DNA of 64,000 nucleotides, taken from positions 186,001-250,000 of the forward strand of contig RSEE01000028.1 in assembly GCA_003971905.1 (NCBI GenBank). The letters run 5' to 3'. Positions within the stretch are counted from its first letter, which is position 1. Each line of letters starts with the position of its first letter. The stretch is from Moniliella sp. 'wahieum'. Lineage: Eukaryota. Shown here one piece after another: positions 1 through 12,187 of the stretch. The notes beneath the pieces were generated by a model, which saw only the letters and a list, made by a program, of their open reading frames with translations, was not told where the DNA came from and did not search any database. The translations under genes and the position numbers were made by a program.

Positions 1-1152
1 TAATCTTACCTACACTTTTGGATGACCCTGTGCAGACATGTCGGGTTTGTCTGAGCGGTTTATCACCCTTCTTTTTGGCTGCTCCGGCCCAAGTTGTGAT
101 AGGCCGCCTGCAACACAGGAACCGACATCGGCAACACAGTTGGCCACCCCACCACCGCTGGCGTCCTTTGTTGCCTATGCGCTGTACCGGACTCGTCTGC
201 CAAACGAATAAGCTACCAAGCTCTTTACCTCCTAATGCGGCTTAAGCAGTACTTCCCCAATGCGCGCGGAAGCAATGGACACTCTTTGTACATCACTGCA
301 CTCATGCTGGCAAGCAAGTCTCTGTGCGATGACACCTACAGCAACAAGAGTTGGACCATCGTCGGTCAGGCCTTTCTCTCTCGCTCAGCTCAACCACATG
401 GAGCGCGAACTGCTTGGCTTTCTCAATTACAACGTCAACGTTGACCCCCCGAGTTGCGTGCCTTACCAACGCAATCACCAACCCCACCATTGATTTGGCG
501 CAATACCTCTACTTTGCTTGCATTGCGCATCAACCGTCCCTCTGCCAATACCACTCTCTGTGCCTCACCCTCCGCCCGGAACCCTACCAGGGCAGCATAC
601 GAGCCCCATTGCCTCCCAGCGGATTCCCGTCACAGCTTGGACCATAACCCAGGCAGGGAAGGGCATGTCTCAATTCAAACTGAGACGGCTTCGTCTGGAG
701 CAGCGCGAAGAACCTCTGCTGAATCCTGGGTAATGGAAGGGCAGGGGCCTCAACGAGGTGCATGCCTTTCCACGCTCTCGGCCACGTCGAACCAAGAAAC
801 TGTGCCCGTCCGGGGGGTAGACAAAATCCCTTCCGTCGCCATGTCAACAGTGCGCTGTGAACCGTATCCAGTGACGACTGCACCCTACCCTATGCCGACA
901 CACAACATCCCTTGGTCCACAAGAACAAGTGATGAGTTAAGCATCTCGGATATGCCGCGTCTTTCGTGCTCCTCGGAGGCTAGCACAACATCGGAATTGA
1001 CCGCGCTCGAGATGCCATCGTCTCCGTCCTCTTCGTGGAATCACGGAATGGTTCCAGAGCTACAGGGGCCACAGGACACATGCGTGGATGCCACCCCCCA
1101 CTCGCACAATGCGTTCCGCCAAGTGGCCACGAGGCTTGTCCCTGCCTCTTGA
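1..1152 (+). CDS. Pho80/Pcl-like cyclin (frameshifted; 5' end uncertain or outside window)
   Basis: Joined ORF fragments give RLKQYFPNARGSNGH..YITALMLASKSLCDDTYSNKSW and FSLAQLNHMERELLGFLNYNVNVD, the cyclin-box signature of fungal Pho80-like cyclins. A Ser/Pro-rich tail ends at 1152. Confidence 0.8.
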
Positions 1153-2676
1153 TGCACTTCCTGTACACTATGCCTGTAGGCTATACTCTCTTTTTCATCT
1201 CTTAATTTTCCCTTTAATCTCCGCGGCTCCCCTGTTGTTGCATCCACGTGTTGCTCCATGTACACCACATGTATGCCACCCTCTTTTACGCTCTCTGTGT
1301 CCTGGGGGAGGCGCATTTGAAATGCGACTTCCTCACAATACCTTTCGTAAGGACATATGCTGTGGGAGGCTATTGGCGCCGTTCCTCTTTCCTCTGTTGC
1401 ACCATTTCTCGTGGGGAGCTTGCATTTTCTCCTCGCGTTGATTGATCCCCTTGACTTTTGAGGCCGTTGTAATCTATCTATCCTCTGTTCTCACCCTATA
1501 CGTTCTTCCACACAACAGGTCCACAGGTTGGAGAGAGGCTGATATGCATGGTAATAGAGACGCTAAGGGTCGCACCTCATCCGTCGTATATTATGTGTTG
1601 TTGATGGAGGGGCGTTTCTTCCGTACGTTCAACTTCATATACCACCACCCTTCCACAACTTATAACATAACAACGGATGCTGGTGGGGAGGCGCGGGGAT
1701 AGGGGATTCGGTGACGCGCGGATTCTATTTTTGTAGCAGACATTGGCGGGGATATAAGTTGGACCTTATGTGCTTTTGACAAAGCGGCTATTAGTGACGC
1801 GTGACGCCAAACGATCGGACACTAAGAGAGGATGGTGGAGAACTCGCTATATTGCTCGCTATTATAATCATCGGTGGCCGGCTACCCCGGCTACCCACGG
1901 AGAGTTAGCGACTGATTTCTTGTTTTTTCGTTGGCGGCCACAAGGCCATCTCCACACCACACCACACCATATGGCAAGTGGAACTGCCTGGAACTGCTCT
2001 TTGCACCGGCCGGTGTTACGTGCATGTCATGCATCATGCATCATGCCTGTGAACCGGTTATTCATCGTGTCACAAGTTGAGGCTGCGCAAGGTGGTCCGT
2101 CCCTTCAAGCTTCATGCATCATGAGGCTTGGGGCCAGAGGGCTTGAGGGTGCCCTGAGGCCGCAGGCTTCGGAGTGCCTTATAAGGCCTAAGGCGGCCTG
2201 AACGCTTGAGCGCCCTGAGCGCCTGAGCGCCTGAGCGCCTAAAGTCTAAACATAATCGCCCTGAGGCCCTGAGCCTCAGGACAAAGCGCCCCGGCTGAGC
2301 GGCGGTGGAGCTCAGCGAGGCTCAGCCGCCGAGCCCCACAAACCCACTGGCAATGGCCGCGTGCGCAGTCGCTGGTGACAAGGTGACGGAGACACCATGG
2401 CCCACACGCGAGTTGTGGGTGGGCTGCGATGCAGGCTGTGGTGGGCCTGGCGGGCCGCGTGGGCATTACGCAATTTACCCGAACCCGGAGATCCCTCCGT
2501 TTGGGCATCACATCATGCATCGATATTTGGTTCAATGTTCAAATCACTTCCCCCCGGTTCGGGTTCGCGGGCTGTGTGCCACGTTTGGTAGGGATGCGTG
2601 AGATCCGAGATGCGCATAAATTACCCTAATTTTTTCTTACCCCCCACCATCCTCCTCCTCCACCTCTACCACCAGC

Positions 2677-4967
2677 ATGCCCGCCGGTGACGACCCCTCT
2701 CACGCCTCCGCGCCTTCCGGCGTGCCAATGACCCCCACCCCACCCAACCCACCCTCGACGAGATCCGCCAGCAGTACGAGCAGCTGGGCCAGGCGCCACC
2801 GCTGCCCAACATCCCCCTCCCGGAAAACGGCGAGGAAGGCCGCTCCACCCTTGACGTCGAGAGCGTTCCATCTCAATCTCAGGTCCACCGCCAGTCCATT
2901 GCTCATTCTATGCGCCCCTCCTTCTCTCACGGCGCTGACGATGAATTGGACGTCAGCAACCTACCCATCACGGACGCCCAGCGTGCCCGTATCGTGTCGC
3001 GCCAGTATGTTGAGACCCTTTCTGCCGCCGTTCCACACCAACCTGACCTTTGTTTTCTTACAGTCTTGCCCCGACTGACTCGGAGTCCAATCGTGCGTCG
3101 ATGGTGAATGACTCGGCCTTTTCGAACGAAGGTGTCTTCTCGTCGTCCGCAGCGTCACGCGCCGGGGCCGACGAAGACGGCGAGGAACCCAACGCCGAAG
3201 AGGACTACCAAGTTCCTTATCACCGTCCTGGTGGTGCTGTTGTCGATGACATTTACAAATGGGCGCAGCAAAATCGTGCTGCGGGGAAACGGGTGCGGAG
3301 CGAGTCGCTCCACGTGCCTCGTACTTCCACCATCGACACGGTCTTTGACACCTCTTCCATCAAAGAGCCCGGTGGATTCCGCCGCCACTTTGTTCAACAG
3401 CAAGCAGCTGAACAAGGCCGTCCACAGCCCCGTGCGTTGCGTTCGTTTATTGACTTTTTGTCCCTCTATGGCCACTTTGCCGGTGAAGATCTCGACGATC
3501 TTGATGCGGTTGTGGAAGACGAGGACGAAGAGGAAGAAGACGAAACCGAGGCTGAAGAGGAAGACATTGAACGGGCAGGGGCTCGCTCAGGTGCGCTTCC
3601 CACTTCCTTCCGCCAGGCGGGCGCAGGCTCGAGTGAGCGGGATGCTCCTGGCTGCACCTCGCGGACGTGTCCGTGCCGTCCGCCCGGGTCGCGGCAGTCG
3701 CATGACGACCGAGCAACGCATTCGCAGTGTCAGCCAGCAAAAGAAGCCAGGTGAGGCAACTGTGACAGAGGCAGTCATGATGCTACTCAAGTCGTTTGTG
3801 GGAACAGGCATTCTGTTCTTGGGCAAGGCCTTCTTCAATGGTGGCCTGGGCTTTTCTATTGTTGTCCTCACATCTGTCGCCATGATCTCTCTCGTCTCGT
3901 TCTTGCTCTTGGTCAAGGCCAACCTCAAAGTGCCTGCTTCGTTTGGTGACATGGGTGGGGTACTCTACGGCCCCCGGATGCGTCTCGCCATCTTGGCTTC
4001 GATTGTCTTTTCCCAACTGGGCTTTGTCGCCGCCTATACTGTCTTTGTCGCTCAGAGTCTGCAGGCGTTCATCCTCGCCGTCTCGCACTGTGAGCGGCTG
4101 GTGCCCATTGGGTACCTCATTCTTGTTCAGCTCATTGCCTTCCTCCCCCTTTCATTGGTACGCCGGATCGCCAAGCTCTCCGGCACGGCATTGGTGGCGG
4201 ATGCGTTCATTCCTTTGGCATTGTGTACCTTTTCCAGTTTGAGATCCGCAAGATTTCACGTGAGGGTTTGGCTGATGTGGTGCAGTTCAACCGCCATGAC
4301 TTCCCGCTGTTGATTGGTACTGCCGTGTTTACATTTGAGGGTATTGGCCTCGTCATCCCCATCACCGAGTCCATGAAGGAGCCGCAAAAGTTCCCCAAGG
4401 TGCTCAGCTATGTGATGGTTTCATCACGATCCTTTTTGCTTCAGCGGGAGCTTTGGGCTACGGAGCATTTGGATCGGAGATCCAGACCGTGGTGATCACC
4501 AACTTGCCACAAAACAGTCCGTTTGTGCAAGCTCTTCAGGCTTTCTACAGTGTGGCTATCCTGCTTTCGACTCCTCTTCAACTCTTCCCTGCTCTTTCTA
4601 TCCTTGAGAAGGGCATCTTTGGATCGCGACGGAGTGGCAAGTTCGACTGGAGGGTCAAGACGCAAAAGAATATGTTCCGCATCCTTGTCGTTTGCGTTTG
4701 TGCCCTCGCGGCCTGGGCTGGTGCGAGCGACCTGGACAAGTTTGTCTCGTTGATTGGCAGTGTGGCGTGCGTGCCACTCTGCTTTATCTACCCGCCGCTT
4801 TTGCATCTCAAGGCGTGTGCAACGCGGTGGCGCACGCGCATGCTTGACTACCTCCTCTTGGCGTTCGGCATTGTCTGTGTCCTCTTTGCTGGCTCCCAGA
4901 CCATCGTGGCCCTGGCAGAGCCGAGGGGCCCACCTAAGCCACGCAGTGCTCTGCTCCGCTCCCCTAA
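2677..4967 (+). CDS. Vacuolar amino-acid transporter, AVT3/AVT4-like (Aa_trans family)
   Basis: Motifs KEPGGFRRHFV, SFIDFLSLYGHFAGEDL, AVMMLLKSFVGTGILFLGKAFFNGG, GTAVFTFEGIGLVIPITESMKEP and DLDKFVSLIGSVACVPLCFIYPPLLH. Intron 3005-3063 (GTATGT..CCTGAC..CAG) restores IVSRHLAP. Several frameshifts; stop position approximate. Confidence 0.9.
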
Positions 4968-5817
4968 TTTGTTCCTGTTTGCTTGCTCTGCCACACATTG
5001 TGCTAGCTACAGATGCCACCCATGGCACTGCTCCTTCTCTCTCGCCATCGCATTCAAAAACGTTTCCCCCCTGTCCGCTTTTCCATCCCCTGTCATGCAT
5101 CATGCCTCATGCCTCATGCCTCATGCCTCATACTTTAAGACTACCTGGCCTCGCAATCCCCCTTTCACGGGAGGTGGCGGGGGGGTATACGCCGTGTTCT
5201 TTCCATGTTCTCTGGTCTTTCTATGTTGTTTGGCGCAAGGAGTGGTGGTCCGTATAGGGGGACTTGCTCTCGTTGTGCTGTTGTGCATGAGACAGACTGA
5301 TTCCGTTGCTATGTGTCGCCGAGTGTGATGGACCTTTGCGTTGAAGCTCGAATGTCTGAACCCACCAACGCCCAAGAAAGAAAGAGCAACTTGGGCTGCC
5401 CTGGCCTGAGGTGCTCAATGATTAATGAGGTCTTCTGATCTGCCGTGCTCTGGCTGACCATCATAGAGACCGACGTAGCTCGAAGCTCCTCATTGACCAG
5501 GTCGATCATCTTGACCAGGCCGATCATCGATCATTTGGATGGTCGTTTTTGAACGTTTGACGAGTTGGATTTGAAACGACCGCTTTCCAAGACAGACTGC
5601 CATGTGGCATGTGGAAGCGCCCCCCCCCAGAAGGGAAAGAGTGGCGCCATGCTCTGCTGCATCGTGCCAGGCTGGCAGCACACGGCGAGTGCCGACCTGC
5701 CGCAGGCTTACGTGGTCTGCTCTGCGTGGCGAGCGGCGATTGGCTTGGGCCCAGCCAGCAGCCAAGACACCAGCCAGCGCCACTGCGTCTGCTCCACCAT
5801 ATCTGACCCTGCCCTCC

Positions 5818-6517
5818 ATGTTCATCCTCAACTGGTTCTGGGTGCGTCGTCCTGCCCCCTCCCCGCCCTCGCCCCCTCCTCCCAGCTGACTCTTGCTTTC
5901 CAGGACGTGCTGGCCCAGCTTGGCCTGGCCCACAAGAACGCCAAGATCCTCTTCCTCGGCCTCGACAATGCCGGCAAGACCACGCTGCTGCACATGCTCA
6001 AGAACGACAAGCTGGCCACGCTCCAGCCGACGCTCCACCCCACTAGTGAGGAGCTCTCCATTGGCCAGGTTCGCTTCACCACCTACGACCTGGGTGGCCA
6101 CTTGCAGGCGCGTCGTCTGTGGAAGGACTACTTCCCTGAGGTTGACGGCATTGTCTTCATGGTCGACGCAACCGATGTCCCCCGCTTTGTCGAGTCGCGC
6201 GCCGAGCTCGACTCGCTTCTGTCTATCGAAGAGCTGTCCAAGGTGCCCTTCCTCATTCTTGGTAACAAGATTGACTCGCCGGCCGCCGTGTCGGAGGAGG
6301 AGCTGCGTGCGGCGCTGGGCTTGTACCAGACCACGGGTAAGGGCAAGGTGCCCCTTAAGGACATTCGTCCTGTTGAGCTCTTCATGTGCTCCGTCGTGGA
6401 GCGCCAGGGTTATGGCGAGGGGTTCCGTTGGATCTCCCAATACGTGCGTAGCTGCCTCCACTTTTCCTTGCAACCACGAACTAACCTGAGTTGTCTTGTC
6501 TCTCCTGCTAGATTTGA
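5818..6517 (+). CDS. SAR1: COPII small GTPase Sar1
   Basis: Exons 5818-5841, 5904-6443 and 6512-6517 (introns GTGCGT..GCTGAC..CAG and GTGCGT..ACTAAC..TAG) give an intact 189-aa protein: [50 protein letters not shown]. Confidence 0.97.
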
Positions 6518-6891
6518 TGTTGAAGTACCAGGTCTCCCTTACTCCTTGCTGGCAAGACAATCTTGATCATTGTCCCAAAGTAGGTTCAATTGTCTTCACC
6601 TGGCATACCCATTCGCATCTGTTCCAGGAGAGCGAGCGGTACAGAAACGATGCATCTTCTCATACATCTCATTCTCAGAACATCAGATTTCACCTCTTCC
6701 ATTGGTCGTTAGTCACTGGTTGCCCGATCCTAGCTGCCTACCCCATCTCCTCCCACCTCAGGCTGTTGAGAATGCTCATATGCCCACTCCGCCTCAAAGC
6801 CCTTACCCTTCCTGTATACTTGGCCAACCCGCGAGTTTTCCAAATGCTAGTCGTAGTTGTGACCCATTGATGTCTTCCCCTGGCGTACTGC

Positions 6892-7799
6892 TCATGCGCC
6901 TTGGACATTCACCCCTGAGGGGAGCTTCGTGAGAACAGGGCCTTTGGATACCTCATCCCAGTTGGTCGCCAAGGCACTTCCTTCGGACTGGAGATACGAG
7001 GTGACAATCGCGTTGCGGGTCTCTTCCTTGGCATCGGTAGAGAAAAGCTTGAAGAATGGATCGAGGTTGAGTTCGTCACTTCCTTCCTCATCCGGGTCGA
7101 ACTCGCCTCCTCCCCAGGGTTGAGCTGGTCTAGACTGCCTGGAACGTTCCACTTCATGAAGGTGCGCAATGACTCTTCCCTGTTGGAATACGTATCCTGA
7201 GATGCATGTGAGGTACCAGGCATGGCGTTTTGGGTACCTCCAGGGACGACCGAAGGGCCACTCGGCGCTTTGGAGCAGGTGTTTTGGCAGGGACGCTGGA
7301 TGTTTTGGAAGGAGCGCTGGGAGTTTTGGCAGGGGCGCTGGATGTTTTGGCAGGGGCACTGGGTGCTTTGGCAGGGGCACTGGGTGCTTGGAAGGGCGGC
7401 AGATGCAGAGGTTGAGGCGCCAGCAGGGATGACAGAAGGTAACTTCATGTCGACAGTCAACTTTGGCCAGTGTAAACCCCGAGTCTCCTTGGCTAGGACG
7501 AGGTCCAGCTTCATGCTAAGGACTTTGAAGGAGCTGTGCGGCCGAGGGCGAATTGGAGCAAAGAGATCAATGAGTATAATGTCATCTTCTTTAAGTTCAC
7601 CACCGAGGTCGATGTGCACCTGTCGGCAGGTAAACATAACATCGACCTTCTTGGGGTCGAGCTTTTTTTTGTGACAGATACAACGACCTCCTGGTCCGTT
7701 TGGTAAAAGTCAATCCTACGCAGAAATAGAACGGTTAGCATGGAAACAGAGCGGATTAAAGGGCGCTGGGAAGAGAGCATGCCTAGGAGGGGCCGACAT
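6892..7799 (-). CDS. SGT1: SGT1-like Hsp90 co-chaperone (CS + SGS domains, no TPR), divergent
   Basis: MSAPPR|IDFYQTDQEVVVSV..SFKVLSMKLDLVLAKETRGLHWPKL (CS domain) and FFKLFSTDAKEETRNAIVTSYLQSEGSALATNWDEVSKGPV (SGS domain). Intron 7716-7782; frameshifts. Confidence 0.8.
7281..7392. repeat. 21-bp tandem minisatellite (~5.5 copies) inside the SGT1 linker
   Basis: Units such as gttttggcagggacgctggat / gttttggcaggggcgctggat / gttttggcaggggcactgggt. Confidence 0.95.
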
Positions 7800-9137
7800 G
7801 GCGCGGAACGAAGAGTAGCGTTGGACGCCAAGAATGAACAGATGGTGGCGGCGCGGACCAGCGGGTGAACAACAGAGATGGGTAAGTACACAGCTCACAG
7901 CTTACCTAAGCATGACCACCGCTATCCCTTTGGAGCTGGGCAAAAGGACACGACGCGTCTTGACCACAGATAGGCCATTCAGCAGCGAATATTGATTCAG
8001 GTAGCAAACATCAAGCCAAGCGGAGGGGAGAAGAGGAGGGGGGAAGAAGAGGAGGGATGGAGGAGTGGACATGCGAGATAGAACGGTGCCTGTGCGCGCA
8101 CGGCGTGTAGCTTGGCTGCCGGCAATCCCTATCATCACCATCAAGCTGTGATGGGTCATTCGCACGTGGCCGCATCCTCCTCCTTCTATTTACAAATGCA
8201 AAACACACTGGCATGATCTCCATCCATCCTACCATCCCACTTTTCTTCATTGTTCCTTTTGGCAGCTGGGCCACCTCTGGTCCCATGCGTTTCCATTTCG
8301 CAGCGCCTTTATCTGTTCCCGATGTTTAAAAGGGGGGAGGGTGAGATCAACCTCAGACTCTATAACCACACTCCGACCGTTGCTTGTGCCAGGGAGTTGC
8401 GAAAATGTTTCCCGTATCACTTGTAAAAGCGCAACATTTGGAACGCTGTATCCAAGTTCCACCCCTGCTCAACACATTGCACCACTCAATCCTTGACGTC
8501 CGTAAGGGGTGTGGAAATCTGTCCAGATCGACCAAACAGAACCTGGATAAATCCAGTGACGAGCCTGTGGTTGCTCGAGTGCGACTTGGAGAGCATCCGG
8601 CGATCCTATGGATCAGCCGCAAAGCAGCCTTCAGACAAGACATTAAGGCAAAGCGGTGAGCCACAATTAAGTCTTCAAGCAACGTCTGAAGGGAATGAGG
8701 CGGGAGGGAGAGAAGGGAGGTGGAGCGAGCAGGGGGTGGGCAGCCTGCGAGCGGAACTCTTCCGCACGACTAGTAGCGAGCGTTACCGATCAACTGGAGG
8801 ACCGTGCAGGGGAACCGATTGTTTCTGTACCTGTACAGAGAGTGCAGTCCCCTGCAGCTAGTGAGTCACTGGATTAGTCAAGCGCAGGCCCAGACGCCAT
8901 CCGCAACTGTGCCTCCGAGGCTAAGAAATAGAGTTGTCTCGGATATTATTTCCGCGTGCTGTTTTTCATTGTGCCTGTGGATCTATGTCCTGTACCTTTT
9001 TTTGACCCACCACCCAGGAGCTTTTCGCTCCTGATCGACCGGTCTCACCTCCGCTGCACCATCTCCCCTCTAAACTTGCTCTTAAGGCTGGCTGTTTTCT
9101 GCTTACGCCTCTGAGCCATCGTCATCGAGTCATCGTC

Positions 9138-10780
9138 ATGAACGACCAGCATCGCCAAAGCTCAAGCCCACCAGCCTGCCCGGCTCGGATGATAAGACCG
9201 CTTTGGGCTCGCCGGACGAGCTGCCTCTGCCCGTCCAGGCTGGAGAGAAAGAACAGGTATTCCACCAGCACTTCCAGCGGCTTACCACCCTCCTGCCCGC
9301 GCCCAAATCGAGAGCCAGGGCATTGTGCCCCTCCCACGCGAAGCCCAAACGGGAACCGCATGGTGGAGCGTTGGCTTTCTCTGGTTCTCGGGCAACTTCA
9401 ACATACTCTCCTTTAGTACCGGCACCCTCGCTGCCACCTTTGGTCTTAGCTTTTACGGTGCCTATGGCACTATTGTCGGCTTTGGCATCCTCTGCGCTCT
9501 GCCGCCCGCCTATCTCACCACCTTCGGCCCGCCGCTTGGCATGCGCCAGCTGGTTCAGTCCCGCTACAGCTGGGGCTTTTGGCCCACATGCCTTATCGCG
9601 CTTCTGAGTGCTGCGACTATGGTCGGGTTCTGTATCCTTAACGCCATTCTGGGGACAAACTCTGGCGGCGGTTAGTTCCCACACCGAGGGGTGGACCACT
9701 ACGGCGAGTGGTAGTGGCGCTGTGTTAATTCCCCTTGAGCACGAGACCCTGTCGACGACGGTAGGGATCGTGATTGTGTGCATATGTGCGCTGGTCATCT
9801 CATTCTTTGGCATTCGCATCTTGCATGTCTTTGAGCGTGCCATCTGGGTGCTCACCATCATTCCTTTTGTCTCGATCATTGCTGTGGCTGGCACCGGACC
9901 CCGGGGTCTGCACATTCCTGACGCAGCCAAGTCGCAATCGACCGAGGAGTACCCAGCCGGAAGCGCGGCCCCAGTTCTTGCCATGGCAGGTGTCGTGGCT
10001 GGCTTCTTTATTCCATACGCACCTTTGGCCAGCGACATGTCGCTATACTTGCGGCCCGACACGAGCTCGTGGAAATGTTTTGGGTGACTTACGCTGGCTT
10101 TGTCTTGTCCAGTGTCCCTGCTATGATGTTGGGCGCTGCCTTTGCGTATTCGGCCATGGATATCCCCGCTTGGCAAGATTCCCTGGACACGTCGGTTGGG
10201 GCCTTGTTTAATACAATTCTGCTGGGCCGCAAACGCGTGGGACGTCAGCGCTGCGCGGCTTGGCAAATTTGCTACCGTCTTACTCGCCCCTCTCGACAGA
10301 GAGCAACTTGGCCCTGACGTTCTACTCATTGACATTAGCCATTCAGACAATGGTGCCTTTCAAGATCGTCTACCGCACACCCCGCTTTTTTTCAGTATCT
10401 TGGTCACGGCTATTGTACTGCCCACAGCGATCGCGGGGGCAAATCACTTTTACAATACCTTGTCGACGTTCACCACCATTCTCTCCTACTGGTCCGCGCT
10501 TTACATTGCCATTGTCATGGTAGAGCACGTCGTCTTCCGCAAGTCCAACTTTGCTAACTACGACAGATCGGCGTGGGACAAACCGACCAAGCTGCCCTGG
10601 GGGATCGGGGCTATGTCGGCCGCGTTAATATCGCTTGCGCCTTTGATCCCCTCAGCCTCGCAGTCGTGGTACACCGGGCCTATCGCCAAACACTCCGGAG
10701 ACCTTGGGTTTGAGGTTGGGTTTGCTGCAGTAGTACTCTATATCCTATGCTACCTTGAACTGCGCATGTTCAAGAGGTAG
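9138..10780 (+). CDS. NCS1-family purine-cytosine/pyridoxine permease (Fcy2/Tpn1-like)
   Basis: GFLWFSGNFNILSFSTGTL, FGPPLGMRQLVQSRYSWG, ASDMSLYL and ILSYWSALYIAIVMVEHVVFR..WDKPTKLPWG..WYTGPIAK..GDLGFEVGF. Several frameshifts. Confidence 0.9.
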
Positions 10781-12187
10781 CCGGCGTCCCCCAGCTGGAA
10801 TATGTTGAATGTCAATACACGGCTATTTCTCTGCTATTTGCGTAGCTGAGCTAGCGTACGGAAGACCACCAGTGGTCCGCCCCCCATTCTGGACGCAGTG
10901 TGTGTGGAGCTGTGGATTGCACGTTATGGAGGCTAATAAGCAGTACATGTTGTACACTTCCACGGCACTTCTTAACTAGAGACGACCAAACATATTACTC
11001 CGGGGGTTAACTCGGTCGGTTCGTACAGCTGTTTTTTTATGGTACACAGGACCCTTAGAAGACTCGGATGGAAGATATACTATGATCTAGTACGGCCCAG
11101 CGGACGGACGCGCTGTGGCAGCTGAGGCAACTGACGTATTCATGGGGCCTGATCAGCCTGACCACAACGGGCAATCAATCACTTGTGGGGCATTGTCACA
11201 CAGGTGTCGTCACAGTGTGACATATCCTGCATCAGTCGATTGATTCATCATAATCGGACTGAAGAGCCCTCTCGCAAAAAATGCGTCAGCGCGTCAGCCG
11301 TGTCAGCGACGCCCTCCATATTTGTCTCTTTTGGGCGCTACCGACTATAGTATCAACAGTTGTGGGCTATAACGTGCACAACACAATGTCCGCCGCAGAT
11401 GAACAGATGGCGCATGCCCACCAAGCCAACTGGCCGGGAAGCCGTGGCGGCGGTGACTGGCTGTTGTGACGTGGAGATGACAGCTTGACGACGTAGACAG
11501 AGAGACCCTGGGCGATGCTGACACTATAGTAGGCCAGTGCTCTCTGTTGGCCGTCCTAGTTGTTGTGCTCCTATTATCATATTCGCGTCCCCCTCCTGCC
11601 TTCTTTCCATGACCGACACCGCTTGGGTCCACTCGATACTTCGCTCACCCTCCGTGCTCGTGATCAGCTCCCTATCTCTTTGACAGTCAGTAGGGGTCAT
11701 CTGTTTGCGACCAGTTTTGGCTACGGCGCAACACTTCGGCTGGGATGCGATACATTAGTTCGTGGCGAGTGCGAGACGCTGAGGTTTCTGGCAGCGACGT
11801 CTGTGAGGCCTGACTCACATAAGCGACCACAGACGGCGTTCTGCGGTGGACGTTGCGCGTTGGGTTTTGCTTTGGGCCGGCGGCAACCTGCGGCAGCAGC
11901 CGAGGGACATGAATGAATCATGCATCATGCATCATTAACCATTCATCATGCATGGGACGGAAGCACTGTGGCACAGGGTGCAACTCGATGGAAACATGGC
12001 TGCTGCTTCAAGTAGAGCAGTTGCCATGGTTTTTTCGCTGTTTCCACCAACAGATAAGTAGAGCGCCTTGGGTTTCCGCTGTTTTCATCAACAGATACCT
12101 TCTCTCTCACCACCGGTTCCTCCTCCTTCACTATCTTCCCCATCACCACCAGCGCTCGGCACGCTTCTTCACTGGCCATCCTCAAGG

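Noticed and set aside
7281..7392. CRISPR-like array
   Set aside because: Contiguous 21-bp units with no spacers, inside a eukaryotic CDS; this is a minisatellite.
7900..8900. Short ORFs between SGT1 and the permease
   Set aside because: No recognisable motif or coherent gene model on either strand.
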